Source: an uncultured delta proteobacterium (GTDB lineage Bacteria; Desulfobacterota; Syntrophia; Syntrophales; Smithellaceae). From it: a stretch of DNA of 64,000 nucleotides. The translations under genes were made by a program, and so were the position numbers. The notes under the pieces are model-generated. The model had not been told where the DNA came from. It saw only the letters and a program-made list of their open reading frames with translations, and searched no databases. Of this stretch, positions 19,820-29,590 are shown in pieces. Every line of letters begins with the position of its first letter. Positions within the stretch are counted from its first letter, which is position 1. The DNA lies in NCBI GenBank assembly GCA_963753975.1, contig CAVWEH010000005.1, positions 416,001-480,000 of the forward strand, in the 5' to 3' direction.

Positions 19820-22201
19820 ATGGCTAAATTAACTCTCAGCGAATGGATCGCCCGCTTAAAGAAAAATAAAAGTTTTCTGCACAGCGCCGCCGCTATCGTC
19901 GATATCCCCGAAAAATCAGGCGATTGGGAAGATTATCCGTCATGGGTCAATCCGCAGTTGCAATCGGTTCTGAAAAAACACGGCATGGAGAGACTCTACA
20001 AACATCAGGCGCAGGCAATTCGTTTTATTCGCAACGGGAAAGACGTTGTGCTGGTAACGCCTACCGCCAGCGGCAAGACGCTTTGCTATAACTTGCCCGT
20101 GCTGCAGAGCATTCTGGAGGAACCCGAAACGCGCGCCCTGTATCTTTTCCCGACCAAAGCGCTGGCGCAGGATCAGATGCATGAGATTTACAGCCTGATT
20201 ACCGATCTCAAAGCCGATATCAAAACTTTTACTTATGACGGCGATACTCCCGATGACGCCCGTCAGGCGATCCGCAAACAGGGACATGTTGTTGTTACCA
20301 ATCCGGATATGCTGCACGCGGGAATTCTGCCGCATCATACCAAATGGCAAAAGCTGTTCATGAATTTAAGATATGTCGTTATTGATGAACTGCACATATA
20401 CCGCGGCATTTTCGGCTCGCATTTTGCCAACGTGATTCGCAGGCTCGTGCGGATCTGCCGCTTTTACGGCGTCAATCCCGTTTTCATCTGCTGCTCGGCC
20501 ACCGTGGCCAACCCCCGGGAACATGCTGAAAAAATATTGGAGCGGGAAGTTGCTCTTTTGGATAAAAGCGGCGCGCCCACAGCGGCAAAAACATTTATCC
20601 TTTATAACCCACCTCTGGTTAACCGCGAACTGGGCATAAGGCAAAGCGCGATGACGCCCGCACGTAAAATTGCCGCCGATCTCATTGAAAACGGAATTCA
20701 GACGATTGTTTTTGCCACGAGCCGCTTAAATGTGGAAGTGCTGACCAAGTATCTGAAAGATAAATTCGTGCGAACAAAGCCAAAAGATGATCACTTTGTG
20801 ACCGGTTACCGCGGCGGCTATCTGCCTAATCTGCGCCGGGAGATCGAAAACGGCCTCAGGGAGCGCGAAGTTATGGGAGTTATCAGCACCAATGCGCTGG
20901 AGCTGGGTATTGATATCGGCAATCTCGAAGCGTGCATCATGGTCGGCTATCCGGGCTCAATTGCCAGCACCTGGCAACAGGCGGGGCGAGCGGGAAGGCG
21001 CACAGGCCGCAGTCTGGCCATGCTCATTGCCCGCAGCAATCCTTTGGATCAATTTATCATGGAAAATCCCGATTACTTCTTTTCCCTTTCGCCGGAACAT
21101 TGCCGCATCAATCCCGATAATCTGCTGATCTTGCTGCACCACATCAAAAGTGCCGCCTTTGAATTGCCCTTTGAGAAGGGAGAAAAGTTCGGTGGTGAAA
21201 ATTTGGAAGAATTCCTTCAGTATCTCGAGGAAAAAGGAGTACTGCATCGGACGGACGACCGCTGGCACTGGGCGGCAGAAAGCTATCCGGCGGATGAAGT
21301 GAGCCTGCGTTCTATTAACCCGGAAAATGTTGTCGTAGTGGATACGACCGAGGCGGGCAAACACAAGGTGATTGCGGAGGTGGATTGGGACAGCGCCTTT
21401 ACCGCCGTGCACGACGAAGCCATTTATATGCTGGGTGCCGAACAATATCATGTGGACAAACTCGATCTGGAAGGGAAAAAAGCGTATGTGCGCAAGGTTG
21501 ATTCCGATTACTATACCGATGCCATGACTTACACCAATGTCAGAGTAATCGATTCTTTTGAAAAACACAAAGATGACGCGGCTATTGTGGAGCACGGCGA
21601 AGTTCAGGTGGTGCGCAAAGTAGTCGGCTACAAAAAGATTAAATTTTACACTTCCGAAAATCTCGGTTACGGCGATGTCAATCTGCCGGAAAAAGACATG
21701 CACACGACCAGTTACTGGTTTACCATTCCCCGCCATCTCCTCCGGAAACTGAGCTTTACGCCGGCGGAAATTATCGACGGCCTTTCCGGCCTGGCCTACA
21801 CACTGCACCATTTATCCGCGATGTATTTAATGGCGGACATCCATGACATCGACCGCTCTCTGGGCGACAAAAGCGGGGAGTGGTTTGTGAGCCAGGGTAA
21901 AACCGGAAGGGTAATAACTTCTTTCGGCGCCGGCCGCCCGGAAAATCTGGATGATAAGACCGGAGCAAGAATCGACGAGTTCGATCCGACCATCTTTATC
22001 TTCGATTCCTATCCGGGAGGCATAGGATTTTCCGAGCTCCTCTACCGGGAACATGCCAATTTGCTTGCCGCCGCTAAAAGCCTGATTGAAAAATGTCCGT
22101 GCGCTTACGGTTGCCCGTCATGCGTGGGCCCCACGCTGGAGGTAGGCAAGACCGCCAAAGAAATTGTACCTAAAATTGTGGAGTTGATTATCGGCAAATG
22201 A
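19820..22201 (+). CDS. DEAD/DEAH-box helicase with C-terminal DUF1998 (MrfA/YprA/Hrq1-like)
   Basis: TPTASGKT, FPTKALAQDQ, DELH, TNALELGID, QQAGRAGRR, CPCAYGCPSC. Confidence 0.9.
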   Translation: MAKLTLSEWIARLKKNKSFLHSAAAIVDIPEKSGDWEDYPSWVNPQLQSVLKKHGMERLYKHQAQAIRFIRNGKDVVLVTPTASGKTLCYNLPVLQSILEEPETRALYLFPTKALAQDQMHEIYSLITDLKADIKTFTYDGDTPDDARQAIRKQGHVVVTNPDMLHAGILPHHTKWQKLFMNLRYVVIDELHIYRGIFGSHFANVIRRLVRICRFYGVNPVFICCSATVANPREHAEKILEREVALLDKSGAPTAAKTFILYNPPLVNRELGIRQSAMTPARKIAADLIENGIQTIVFATSRLNVEVLTKYLKDKFVRTKPKDDHFVTGYRGGYLPNLRREIENGLREREVMGVISTNALELGIDIGNLEACIMVGYPGSIASTWQQAGRAGRRTGRSLAMLIARSNPLDQFIMENPDYFFSLSPEHCRINPDNLLILLHHIKSAAFELPFEKGEKFGGENLEEFLQYLEEKGVLHRTDDRWHWAAESYPADEVSLRSINPENVVVVDTTEAGKHKVIAEVDWDSAFTAVHDEAIYMLGAEQYHVDKLDLEGKKAYVRKVDSDYYTDAMTYTNVRVIDSFEKHKDDAAIVEHGEVQVVRKVVGYKKIKFYTSENLGYGDVNLPEKDMHTTSYWFTIPRHLLRKLSFTPAEIIDGLSGLAYTLHHLSAMYLMADIHDIDRSLGDKSGEWFVSQGKTGRVITSFGAGRPENLDDKTGARIDEFDPTIFIFDSYPGGIGFSELLYREHANLLAAAKSLIEKCPCAYGCPSCVGPTLEVGKTAKEIVPKIVELIIGK

Positions 22202-23514
22202 GCTCGATTGAAAAATTAAAACGGCTGACCGGCGAAAAGACCAAAGCACAGGAAAAGCCGTCAAAGCCTTCGCCAAAGAAAGTCCAAATCGATGAATTGC
22301 GCAGCCGGATCGATGCAGTCATGTCGCGAAGATTGCAGCGGCAGCAAACTGCAGCGGAAAAAGAGTTTGATGTAAACAAGATCGATCTGGCGGAAATTGT
22401 AGAAGGCGTTGAGACCGAAAACGATTACGGCAGATTTTTTCTGATACGCGAAACTGTTCGCGGCAGCAGCCGTCACGGGCATCGGAACATCAGAGAAACA
22501 TTTGGCCTCGATATGAAAGCGACGGCATTACTGGCCAATGAACCGAGCATTGCCGATCTGAACTCTTCCGATGCTCTATTTCTCGATACGGAAACGACGG
22601 GGCTTGCCGGAGGCACGGGAACGATGGCTTTTTTAATCGGCCTGGGCTGGTTTGAAGACGGCCAATTTCATATCCGGCAAATTCTGGCGCGCGATTTCGG
22701 GGAAGAAAAAGCCGCACTGGCTCATCTTGGTGAAATAGCCGGTCAAAAAAAATTTCTGGTAACATTCAACGGCAAGGCCTTTGACGTTAATCTTCTGACT
22801 ACGCGCTTTATTTTAAATCGCTTAAAGAGCGACCTCGCCTCTATGCCCCATCTGGATTTGCTCCATCCATCGCGGCGGATTTTGGGACATCGTTTAGAGA
22901 ACAGCCGTCTGGCCACTCTGGAAGCCGAGGTGCTCGGAGTCGAGCGCGAAGGCGACATCCCCGGCTGGGAAATTCCGCAACGCTATTTCGATTGGCTGCG
23001 CGAGCGCGACGGACGCCTCCTCGCATCTATCTTTGAGCATAACCGGCTCGATGTAATTTCCATGGCGAGCCTTACCGCCCATCTGACGGAAATTCTGACG
23101 GCACAAGAATTAATGCAAAATGTTCATGATGCCGATTATTTAGCCGCGGCCCGCCTTTTATTAAAACGCCGCGACTCTTGCGGAGTGGAAAAAATCTTAA
23201 ACATGTTTGATGATCGGCGGTGCACCGGAATCTCCGCCATTTCCAAAAAAGAACTTTCCTTTTTATACAAACGCAACGGCCGCTGGCAGGAAGCGGCTCA
23301 AATCTGGCAGGAATTAGTCGCTGCAATGCCGGCTGATTATTCCGCAATCTCGGAGTTGGCCAAGTGGCTCGAGCACCATGTCCGTGATTATCAACGCGCC
23401 AAAAATCTGGTGGAAACAGCATTAAATGAAAACGATGCTTTTTCTGCTGAACAAAGAGATTCTTTATTACATCGCCTGAAGAGGGTAAACACAAAACTTG
23501 AAAGCATCAGATAA
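22198..23514 (+). CDS. RNase H-like (RNase_H_2) exonuclease with TPR-like C-terminus (MrfB/YprB-like)
   Basis: FLDTETTGL, VTFNGKAFD, HLDLLH, HNRLDV; 4-bp overlap with the helicase. Confidence 0.88.
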   Translation: MSSIEKLKRLTGEKTKAQEKPSKPSPKKVQIDELRSRIDAVMSRRLQRQQTAAEKEFDVNKIDLAEIVEGVETENDYGRFFLIRETVRGSSRHGHRNIRETFGLDMKATALLANEPSIADLNSSDALFLDTETTGLAGGTGTMAFLIGLGWFEDGQFHIRQILARDFGEEKAALAHLGEIAGQKKFLVTFNGKAFDVNLLTTRFILNRLKSDLASMPHLDLLHPSRRILGHRLENSRLATLEAEVLGVEREGDIPGWEIPQRYFDWLRERDGRLLASIFEHNRLDVISMASLTAHLTEILTAQELMQNVHDADYLAAARLLLKRRDSCGVEKILNMFDDRRCTGISAISKKELSFLYKRNGRWQEAAQIWQELVAAMPADYSAISELAKWLEHHVRDYQRAKNLVETALNENDAFSAEQRDSLLHRLKRVNTKLESIR

Positions 23515-23552
23515 ATGATCGCTGAGTTACAGTTTAATGATGAGTAAAACTT

Positions 23553-24938
23553 CTATACTGTCTTATTTCCCCCGGCGAGGAAAACTTGCTCTATTTTATG
23601 GAAGTCAACTTTACCGGTGGCTGTTCTGGCTATAGAGGAAACGATTTTTATCCGGCGCGGCATGGCATAGGGTTCAAGTTTCTCCTGCATCATCTTTTTT
23701 AACTGAATTTCCGTCAAATCACCAGCAACTAAGGCGGCAATAACGCTTTCCCGTCCCTTTTCCGCGGGTAGAGCAATGACGACGGCATCGCGGATAGTTG
23801 GCAATTCCAGTATCTTGTTTTGCACATCCAGAAGATCCACTCTTTTACCGGCAACCTTGACTATTCCATCTGCTCTTCCCAATAGAACAAAACGATTGCC
23901 CTTTTCCTTCTGAACTTCGTCGCCGGTCACACAGAATCCATCTGCATCTCTTTCCATTTCCGGCGATGCAAAGACGGATTGAATGGAAAGCCTTTTGCCG
24001 GAAATTTTCCAGGAAACAACATCAGCGGGCTTCCAGCTTTCGGTGTGTTCGTTGATACTGCGCGAGGCAATGCCGCCTGTTTCCGTGGAGCCGTAAATTT
24101 CGGTTATACCCAGACCGGTCTTTTTCTGAAAATGAATGGCATCGGAACGGTTCAACACGCCGGATGAAGAAAAGGCAATTTTCAGCGAAGGTGCAGACAA
24201 ATTATTCACCTTCAATGCCCGATAATGAATCGGAACACTGACCAGCACTGTGGCTTTATGTTTATTGATCGTGGAAATGATTTCCTGAGGGAAGGTATAA
24301 ATATCGGGCAGAACTTTAGCATGAGCGACAAAAGGAACCAAAACTGAAAAAAGGAGTCCGTAAATATGGTAAGGAGGAACCGTAGAAACAAAAAGGTCTT
24401 TTTCTGAAATCGCGAATTTTTCCTTCAAATAAAAAGCTTCGGCAAATAAATTGCGGGGTGATTTTGACCAGACTTTTGGTTTCCCCGTGGAGCCTCCGGT
24501 AAAAAGGCGGAGAAAAGGCTCATCAGGATTACGGATTTCCTCAGGAATAATAGCGGCCATTGAACCGGGAAGAGGAGTGATTATTTCTACCCCCGAGGGT
24601 ATTTCTTCAGGATGATCAGAAATGGCAGCGTTAAAACCGACAGCTTCATACATCTCCATTAAGGCATGAGAGGAAAAAGAATAAGGCAGAATCAGTTGAC
24701 AAGCGCCGCTAAGCGAAGCCAGAATACAGGCGGCAGTTACAGCTTTCTTTTCGGTGCAAAGGCAAAGAGTTTTCTGTCCGCCGCGCCTCGAGAGAATCTT
24801 CTTTATGCCGGCAGCGAGTTCAAAAATCTCGCCATAGCTGTATCCGGAAAGAGTAAAATCTTTATGGCAAAGAGCTTTGGGTGGCGCCAAAATTTTATTA
24901 TATAAACTTGTAAAATGGTTTTTTTGCACGTCGGTCAT
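23553..24938 (-). CDS. AMP-dependent acyl-CoA/acyl-ACP ligase
   Basis: FTGGSTGKPK, HIYGL, YGSTETGG, TGD, GRADGIVKVAGKR, RTATGK. Confidence 0.88.
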   Translation of the reverse strand: MTDVQKNHFTSLYNKILAPPKALCHKDFTLSGYSYGEIFELAAGIKKILSRRGGQKTLCLCTEKKAVTAACILASLSGACQLILPYSFSSHALMEMYEAVGFNAAISDHPEEIPSGVEIITPLPGSMAAIIPEEIRNPDEPFLRLFTGGSTGKPKVWSKSPRNLFAEAFYLKEKFAISEKDLFVSTVPPYHIYGLLFSVLVPFVAHAKVLPDIYTFPQEIISTINKHKATVLVSVPIHYRALKVNNLSAPSLKIAFSSSGVLNRSDAIHFQKKTGLGITEIYGSTETGGIASRSINEHTESWKPADVVSWKISGKRLSIQSVFASPEMERDADGFCVTGDEVQKEKGNRFVLLGRADGIVKVAGKRVDLLDVQNKILELPTIRDAVVIALPAEKGRESVIAALVAGDLTEIQLKKMMQEKLEPYAMPRRIKIVSSIARTATGKVDFHKIEQVFLAGGNKTV

Positions 24939-25126
24939 AGTCAGAATAATTTCATCAAATCATTTTTTTGTCTATTTATCGGAAAAAGGGGGAAAAATCA
25001 ATGCAGCATTTTTGTGTTTGTTTCTCTTTAAAATATGTAATTCTTGTTCTTAATAGTCATTAAAAACAATGTTTTTTGTTGACTTCTATGCAGTTTTTTC
25101 ATTAGCTATAAAAAAATTTTAAAGAA

Positions 25127-25576
25127 ATGATTATGCCGAACATTGATATTGATAGCCTAATCCCGCATCGCAAGCCGATAAGAATTATTAGTGATGTGCT
25201 CGAGATACAGGAAGACTATGCTGTTGCTACTGCGATTGTAAATCCTGACTGGCCTCTTTTTGACGGCGATGCAGTAGATTCACTAGTCCTCATTGAGGCT
25301 ACTGCCCAAACCGCGGCTATTGTCGAAGGTTACAAGAGAAGTAAGCAGGGTAAAGCCGGTGTTAAGGGCTGGCTTGTCGGCATCAAGAATGCCGAATTTA
25401 ATGTGGCGAAAATTCCTGTGAATACTCAATTGACCATTTTCGTCAACAGTAAATATTCGTTCGATAATTACGGCGTCGTGCAAGGAACTATTAAGAGCGG
25501 CGATGATGTTTTAGCTATAATAGTTCTTCAGGCTTTGCGATTGAATGAAGACAGTCAGCAAATAAATATTATTTGA
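25127..25576 (+). CDS. Hotdog-fold 3-hydroxyacyl-ACP dehydratase (ApeP-like)
   Basis: LIPHRKP, IEATAQTAA, GWLVGIK. Confidence 0.8.
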   Translation: MIMPNIDIDSLIPHRKPIRIISDVLEIQEDYAVATAIVNPDWPLFDGDAVDSLVLIEATAQTAAIVEGYKRSKQGKAGVKGWLVGIKNAEFNVAKIPVNTQLTIFVNSKYSFDNYGVVQGTIKSGDDVLAIIVLQALRLNEDSQQINII

Positions 25577-25593
25577 GGAGACTAATTAAGAAA

Positions 25594-26322
25594 ATGAATG
25601 AAAAAAAGGTGGCAATAGTTACAGGCGCTAGCCGTGGCATCGGCAGGGCAACAGCTGTGGAGCTGGCCAAAGCCGGTTACTTTGTAGTTATAAACTATAA
25701 ATCCAATGAGGCGGCGGCAATAGAAACTTTGAAACTTGTAGAGTCTACGGGCGGAGCGGGAGAAATTATAAAATTCGATGTAACTGACGGAAGAGAGACC
25801 GCTGACGCAATCAAAGCGATCGTTGAACGTCATAAAAAAATCCAAGCGCTCGTCAATAACGCCGGAATTACAGCCGACGGTCTTTTCATGATGCTGGCCG
25901 AAGATGAATGGGATGACGTCATAAACACTACCCTCAAAGGTTTTTACAATGTGACAAAACCGGTTTTGCGGGAAATGGTCAAATCGAAATATGGGTCAAT
26001 CGTTTCCGTTTCATCGGTCGCCGGAATAATGCCCAACCGTGGTCAGGCAAACTATGCGGCCGCAAAGGCGGGAATAATAGGGGCTTCCCGTTCATTGGCT
26101 AAAGAAGTCGCGAGATTCGGCATTAAGGTAAACATTGTCGCTCCAGGCTTAATTGAAACGGAAATGATCAAAAACGCGCCCGTTGCCGAAATCAAAAAGG
26201 CTATTCCGATGGAGAGACCGGGCAAACCGGAAGAAGTGGCGCGCGTCATTCGTTTTTTGTGTTCCGACGATGCTTCCTATATGACGGGACAGGTTATAGG
26301 CATAAACGGCGGAATATGCTGA
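25594..26322 (+). CDS. fabG: 3-oxoacyl-ACP reductase
   Basis: TGASRGIG, NNAGIT, GQANYAAAK. Confidence 0.9.
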   Translation: MNEKKVAIVTGASRGIGRATAVELAKAGYFVVINYKSNEAAAIETLKLVESTGGAGEIIKFDVTDGRETADAIKAIVERHKKIQALVNNAGITADGLFMMLAEDEWDDVINTTLKGFYNVTKPVLREMVKSKYGSIVSVSSVAGIMPNRGQANYAAAKAGIIGASRSLAKEVARFGIKVNIVAPGLIETEMIKNAPVAEIKKAIPMERPGKPEEVARVIRFLCSDDASYMTGQVIGINGGIC

Positions 26323-26957
26323 TGCGAACTCGTCATTCTTTATTTGGTTTTCTTGGCGTAATATTCGGCCTATTTTTAGTTATTATCTCTTTAACTTCCG
26401 CTGCTGCTGATAATTTTGATCAATTGCGGAAAGACGCCGTCAATATCAAAACCATTAAAGCGCACTTTGTGCAAAAAAAATCTATGAAAATCTTATCCAA
26501 ACCCCTCATCTCTCAGGGACTGTTTTATTACGTCGCGCCCGATTCTTTCCGCTGGGAGTATTTGCAGCCCTTAAGAAGTGTAGTAATAGCATATAGGGGC
26601 AGCACTAAACGTTACATTGCTTCCGGCGGAAAAATGATTGAAGATAAAACGGGCGGTGTGCAGGCAATGAAAATAGTTCTCGGTGAAATAGCCGGTTGGA
26701 TGAGCGGTAAATTCGACCAAAATCCGTCATTTACGGCAACATTAAAAGAAGGAGCATATACAGAGATCACATTAATACCGGTCGAAAAGAACATGGCCGG
26801 GATGATTGAAAAAATTAAAATTACCCTTTCCAAAAAAGAGAAAGCGGTCAAGTCTGTAAAAATTATAGAAGGCGCAAATGCCTTTACCCAGATAGATTTC
26901 AGTGATGTACAAATCAATAAAGAAATCAGAGATAAAACATTTCAGGATGTTGAATGA
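26316..26957 (+). CDS. LolA-like periplasmic lipid/lipoprotein carrier
   Basis: Signal peptide, AHFVQKK, SQGLFYY, FRWEYLQP. Confidence 0.8.
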   Translation: MLMRTRHSLFGFLGVIFGLFLVIISLTSAAADNFDQLRKDAVNIKTIKAHFVQKKSMKILSKPLISQGLFYYVAPDSFRWEYLQPLRSVVIAYRGSTKRYIASGGKMIEDKTGGVQAMKIVLGEIAGWMSGKFDQNPSFTATLKEGAYTEITLIPVEKNMAGMIEKIKITLSKKEKAVKSVKIIEGANAFTQIDFSDVQINKEIRDKTFQDVE

Positions 26958-27643
26958 AGCGGATATTCCCGTTAGTACTAGTAACTATACTTCTCGCATC
27001 CTGCCAAAGCCTGCCGGTAATTAATGTACCCGCGCCGCCGGCAGACGGGAAGGTTTTCGCTTGTCCGTCTCCCTTTTTAAAAGAACGATACCTACTCATA
27101 CATACGATTGAAATCCGCATGGCGGGAGATACCCGGGGGGCAATTATCGGTATCACTTTGGCTGATCCGGCCACGCGCTTAATTTCCTGCGCCATTATGA
27201 CAGCGGAAGGAATTGTACTCTTCGATGCCGAAGAAGACGCCGGATTGCTCAAAGTTAATCGAGCACTGCCGCCTTTTGATTCTGCGGATTTTGCGCGAAA
27301 CATGATCGATGACATTAAACTCATCTTTTTCGTACCGGTAGGAAAAATTGTTGAGCAAGGCAATCTTCCCGGGGGAACTGTCATCTGCCGCTGGCGTGAA
27401 AAAAACGACGGCTGGATCGATGTGTTATCGAATCAGCCAAAAGGCATAGAAATAAATCGGTATTCATCTTGCGGCAGTTTGAAACGCCATGTAAAGTTCG
27501 CAAGAACGGATGAAAATATTTATCAAAACATTGAACTCACCGCCACCGAGCTATATAGTTATTCGCTGTTTATGACGCTGATTGAAGCCCAACCGGCAAA
27601 AAAAGAATTACTTATAGATAAAGCCCAAGGGAAGGAAAGATGA
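26954..27643 (+). CDS. Cluster-associated hypothetical lipoprotein
   Basis: LASC lipobox; 4-bp overlaps with both neighbours. Confidence 0.7.
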   Translation: MKRIFPLVLVTILLASCQSLPVINVPAPPADGKVFACPSPFLKERYLLIHTIEIRMAGDTRGAIIGITLADPATRLISCAIMTAEGIVLFDAEEDAGLLKVNRALPPFDSADFARNMIDDIKLIFFVPVGKIVEQGNLPGGTVICRWREKNDGWIDVLSNQPKGIEINRYSSCGSLKRHVKFARTDENIYQNIELTATELYSYSLFMTLIEAQPAKKELLIDKAQGKER

Positions 27644-29106
27644 AAAATCCTGCAGAGGGTAAAAATATCGTTATTATCGGTTCAGGTATCGGCGGATTGA
27701 GCGCGGGAATTCTTTTATCCCTGTTGAACTATCATGTAACTATTGTGGAAAAAAATCCCCTGCCGGGCGGCTTGATGCGTTCCTACCGGCGTGCAGGAAT
27801 TGACTGCCCCGTTGGTGTCCACTACGTAGGTGCTTTGGGAGAAGATGAGCCTTTAGGAAAAATGTTTCATGCTTTGGGCATATCGGTAGATGAGCTCTTT
27901 GCCCGAATGGGACAGGATGGCATAATTGACCGCTATATTTTTGATGATTTTACCTTTGATTTGCCTACCAGCATTGATTCCTACGAAAAAAATCTGCACA
28001 ACTCCTTTCCTCAAGATTCCGCGGCTGTGGACTTAATTATGAAAAATTTGCGGGAAATATCCGAGCGCATGCTAAACACATCCTTCTTACTCAATCAGGG
28101 CGACCCCTTCCAAAATATCGATTATTACCAATCCTTGGGTGAATTTCTGGATAAACTAAAAGTTTCCGCAGGCTTGCGGGCGGTATTGGCTATTCCTGCC
28201 CAGCTTATCGGCGTTCCTCCGGCCGATTGTCCGGTTATTTTTCATCACATGATTTTAGCCGGTTATTTATTTTCTTCCTGGAGACTGAAAGAGAGCGGCA
28301 GCAAAATGGCCGATGTTTTTGTAAAACGTTTTCAGACTCTGGGCGGAAAAATTGTCTTAAGTGATGGCGTTGAAAAAATATTGTTGCAGTCAGGAAAGGT
28401 AGCAGGAGCAAAGCTAAACTCCGGCCTCGAATTGCCGTCTGATACCGTCATCGCCGATGTACACCCGAAGGTGCTGTTGGAATTGCTCGAGACGAATGCT
28501 CTGCGCAGTTCTTACCGGCAACGCATATTAAATTTAGAGGAAACCGAAGGCATTATTTCCATTCAGGTCAGCGTTGATGCTGCCGCCCATCCGGAAATAC
28601 CGCATAATATATACCGGCTCACTACGGATGAAAAAGGCACGATACAAGACGGGATATTTTGTCAACTGCGGCGGGGGAACAACAACTTCAACTTAGTTTC
28701 GATCATTACTAAATCGTTATACAATGAGTGGCGGCAATGGGAAAATACGGTTTCCGGACAACGCGGAAAGGACTATGAAGAGAAGAAACAAAATCTTGCC
28801 CTTGGACTTCTACAAAAAGCAAATGAGGTATTCGGCGGATTAAAAAATGCCCGCATTCTGGATGTTTTTACTCCACTGACTCTGCGGGATTATGTAAATT
28901 GCCCGGAGGGTTCCTGCTACGGAGTGCTGCGTTCCTCCCGCCAATTGCTTAAAGTTGCATCTTTAAATAATATTCCCCTCCCCGGCCTCTTTCTCGCGGG
29001 GCAAAATGCTTTGGCGCCGGGAGTTTTAGGCAGTATATTGGGCTCGTTTAATGCAGCAAGGCAAATTGCCGGAGCCGAGAGATTTACCCGGGAAATCAAG
29101 TGGTAA
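27640..29106 (+). CDS. FAD-dependent oxidoreductase, phytoene desaturase/retinol saturase family
   Basis: IIGSGIGGL, GVHYVG, TPLTLRDY, GSCYG, GLFLAGQ. Confidence 0.85.
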   Translation: MKNPAEGKNIVIIGSGIGGLSAGILLSLLNYHVTIVEKNPLPGGLMRSYRRAGIDCPVGVHYVGALGEDEPLGKMFHALGISVDELFARMGQDGIIDRYIFDDFTFDLPTSIDSYEKNLHNSFPQDSAAVDLIMKNLREISERMLNTSFLLNQGDPFQNIDYYQSLGEFLDKLKVSAGLRAVLAIPAQLIGVPPADCPVIFHHMILAGYLFSSWRLKESGSKMADVFVKRFQTLGGKIVLSDGVEKILLQSGKVAGAKLNSGLELPSDTVIADVHPKVLLELLETNALRSSYRQRILNLEETEGIISIQVSVDAAAHPEIPHNIYRLTTDEKGTIQDGIFCQLRRGNNNFNLVSIITKSLYNEWRQWENTVSGQRGKDYEEKKQNLALGLLQKANEVFGGLKNARILDVFTPLTLRDYVNCPEGSCYGVLRSSRQLLKVASLNNIPLPGLFLAGQNALAPGVLGSILGSFNAARQIAGAERFTREIKW

Positions 29107-29179
29107 TTTTAATACTGTGGACGTGAAAACCGATTTATGCTAATTTTTATTTGTACTTCGGCCAAAAACGAAATTCAAT

Positions 29180-29222
29180 AGGACATACGGTAATCCGCCG
29201 TGGCGGATTACTACCTCGTCCT
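29180..29222. repeat. REP-like hairpin
   Basis: GTAATCCGCC-GT-GGCGGATTAC inside AGGAC...GTCCT. Confidence 0.45.
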
Positions 29223-29317
29223 TCGGCCTGATCAGCATAAAAATATAAACTATAGAAAAATAAAACGATATTTGTTAAAAACGGCCATATTAAATTCAGG
29301 GAGTTAAAACCAAAGCG

Positions 29318-29587
29318 ATGACACGTCAGGAAATCGAGAGAGAAATTAAGAATATTTTTCAGCGCGAGTTTGAAATAGAAAATCCCGGCATGGATGATGA
29401 CCTGCGGGAAACGTATGAATTCGACAGTATTGATGCTATTGAACTTCTATTGGAAATAGAAAAACTTTTGGGATCGGAACTTAGTCAGGAAGAAAAAAAA
29501 CAAGCCATGGACATTCGTACGATTAACCAGATTTGCGACTATATTGAAAGAATTATCCAAACCAGAAAAGCTGCGGCGGCAAAATAA
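29318..29587 (+). CDS. Acyl carrier protein
   Basis: Acidic 89 aa with FDSIDAIEL phosphopantetheine site. Confidence 0.9.
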   Translation: MTRQEIEREIKNIFQREFEIENPGMDDDLRETYEFDSIDAIELLLEIEKLLGSELSQEEKKQAMDIRTINQICDYIERIIQTRKAAAAK

Positions 29588-29590
29588 TTT

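Noticed and set aside
20957..21811. 284-aa antisense ORF and the many other overlapping short ORFs
   Set aside because: Shadow frames of well-supported genes, with no recognisable motifs
19820..23514. DISARM or other defence system
   Set aside because: No methyltransferase, DrmA, DrmC or DrmD neighbours; layout fits MrfAB-type repair
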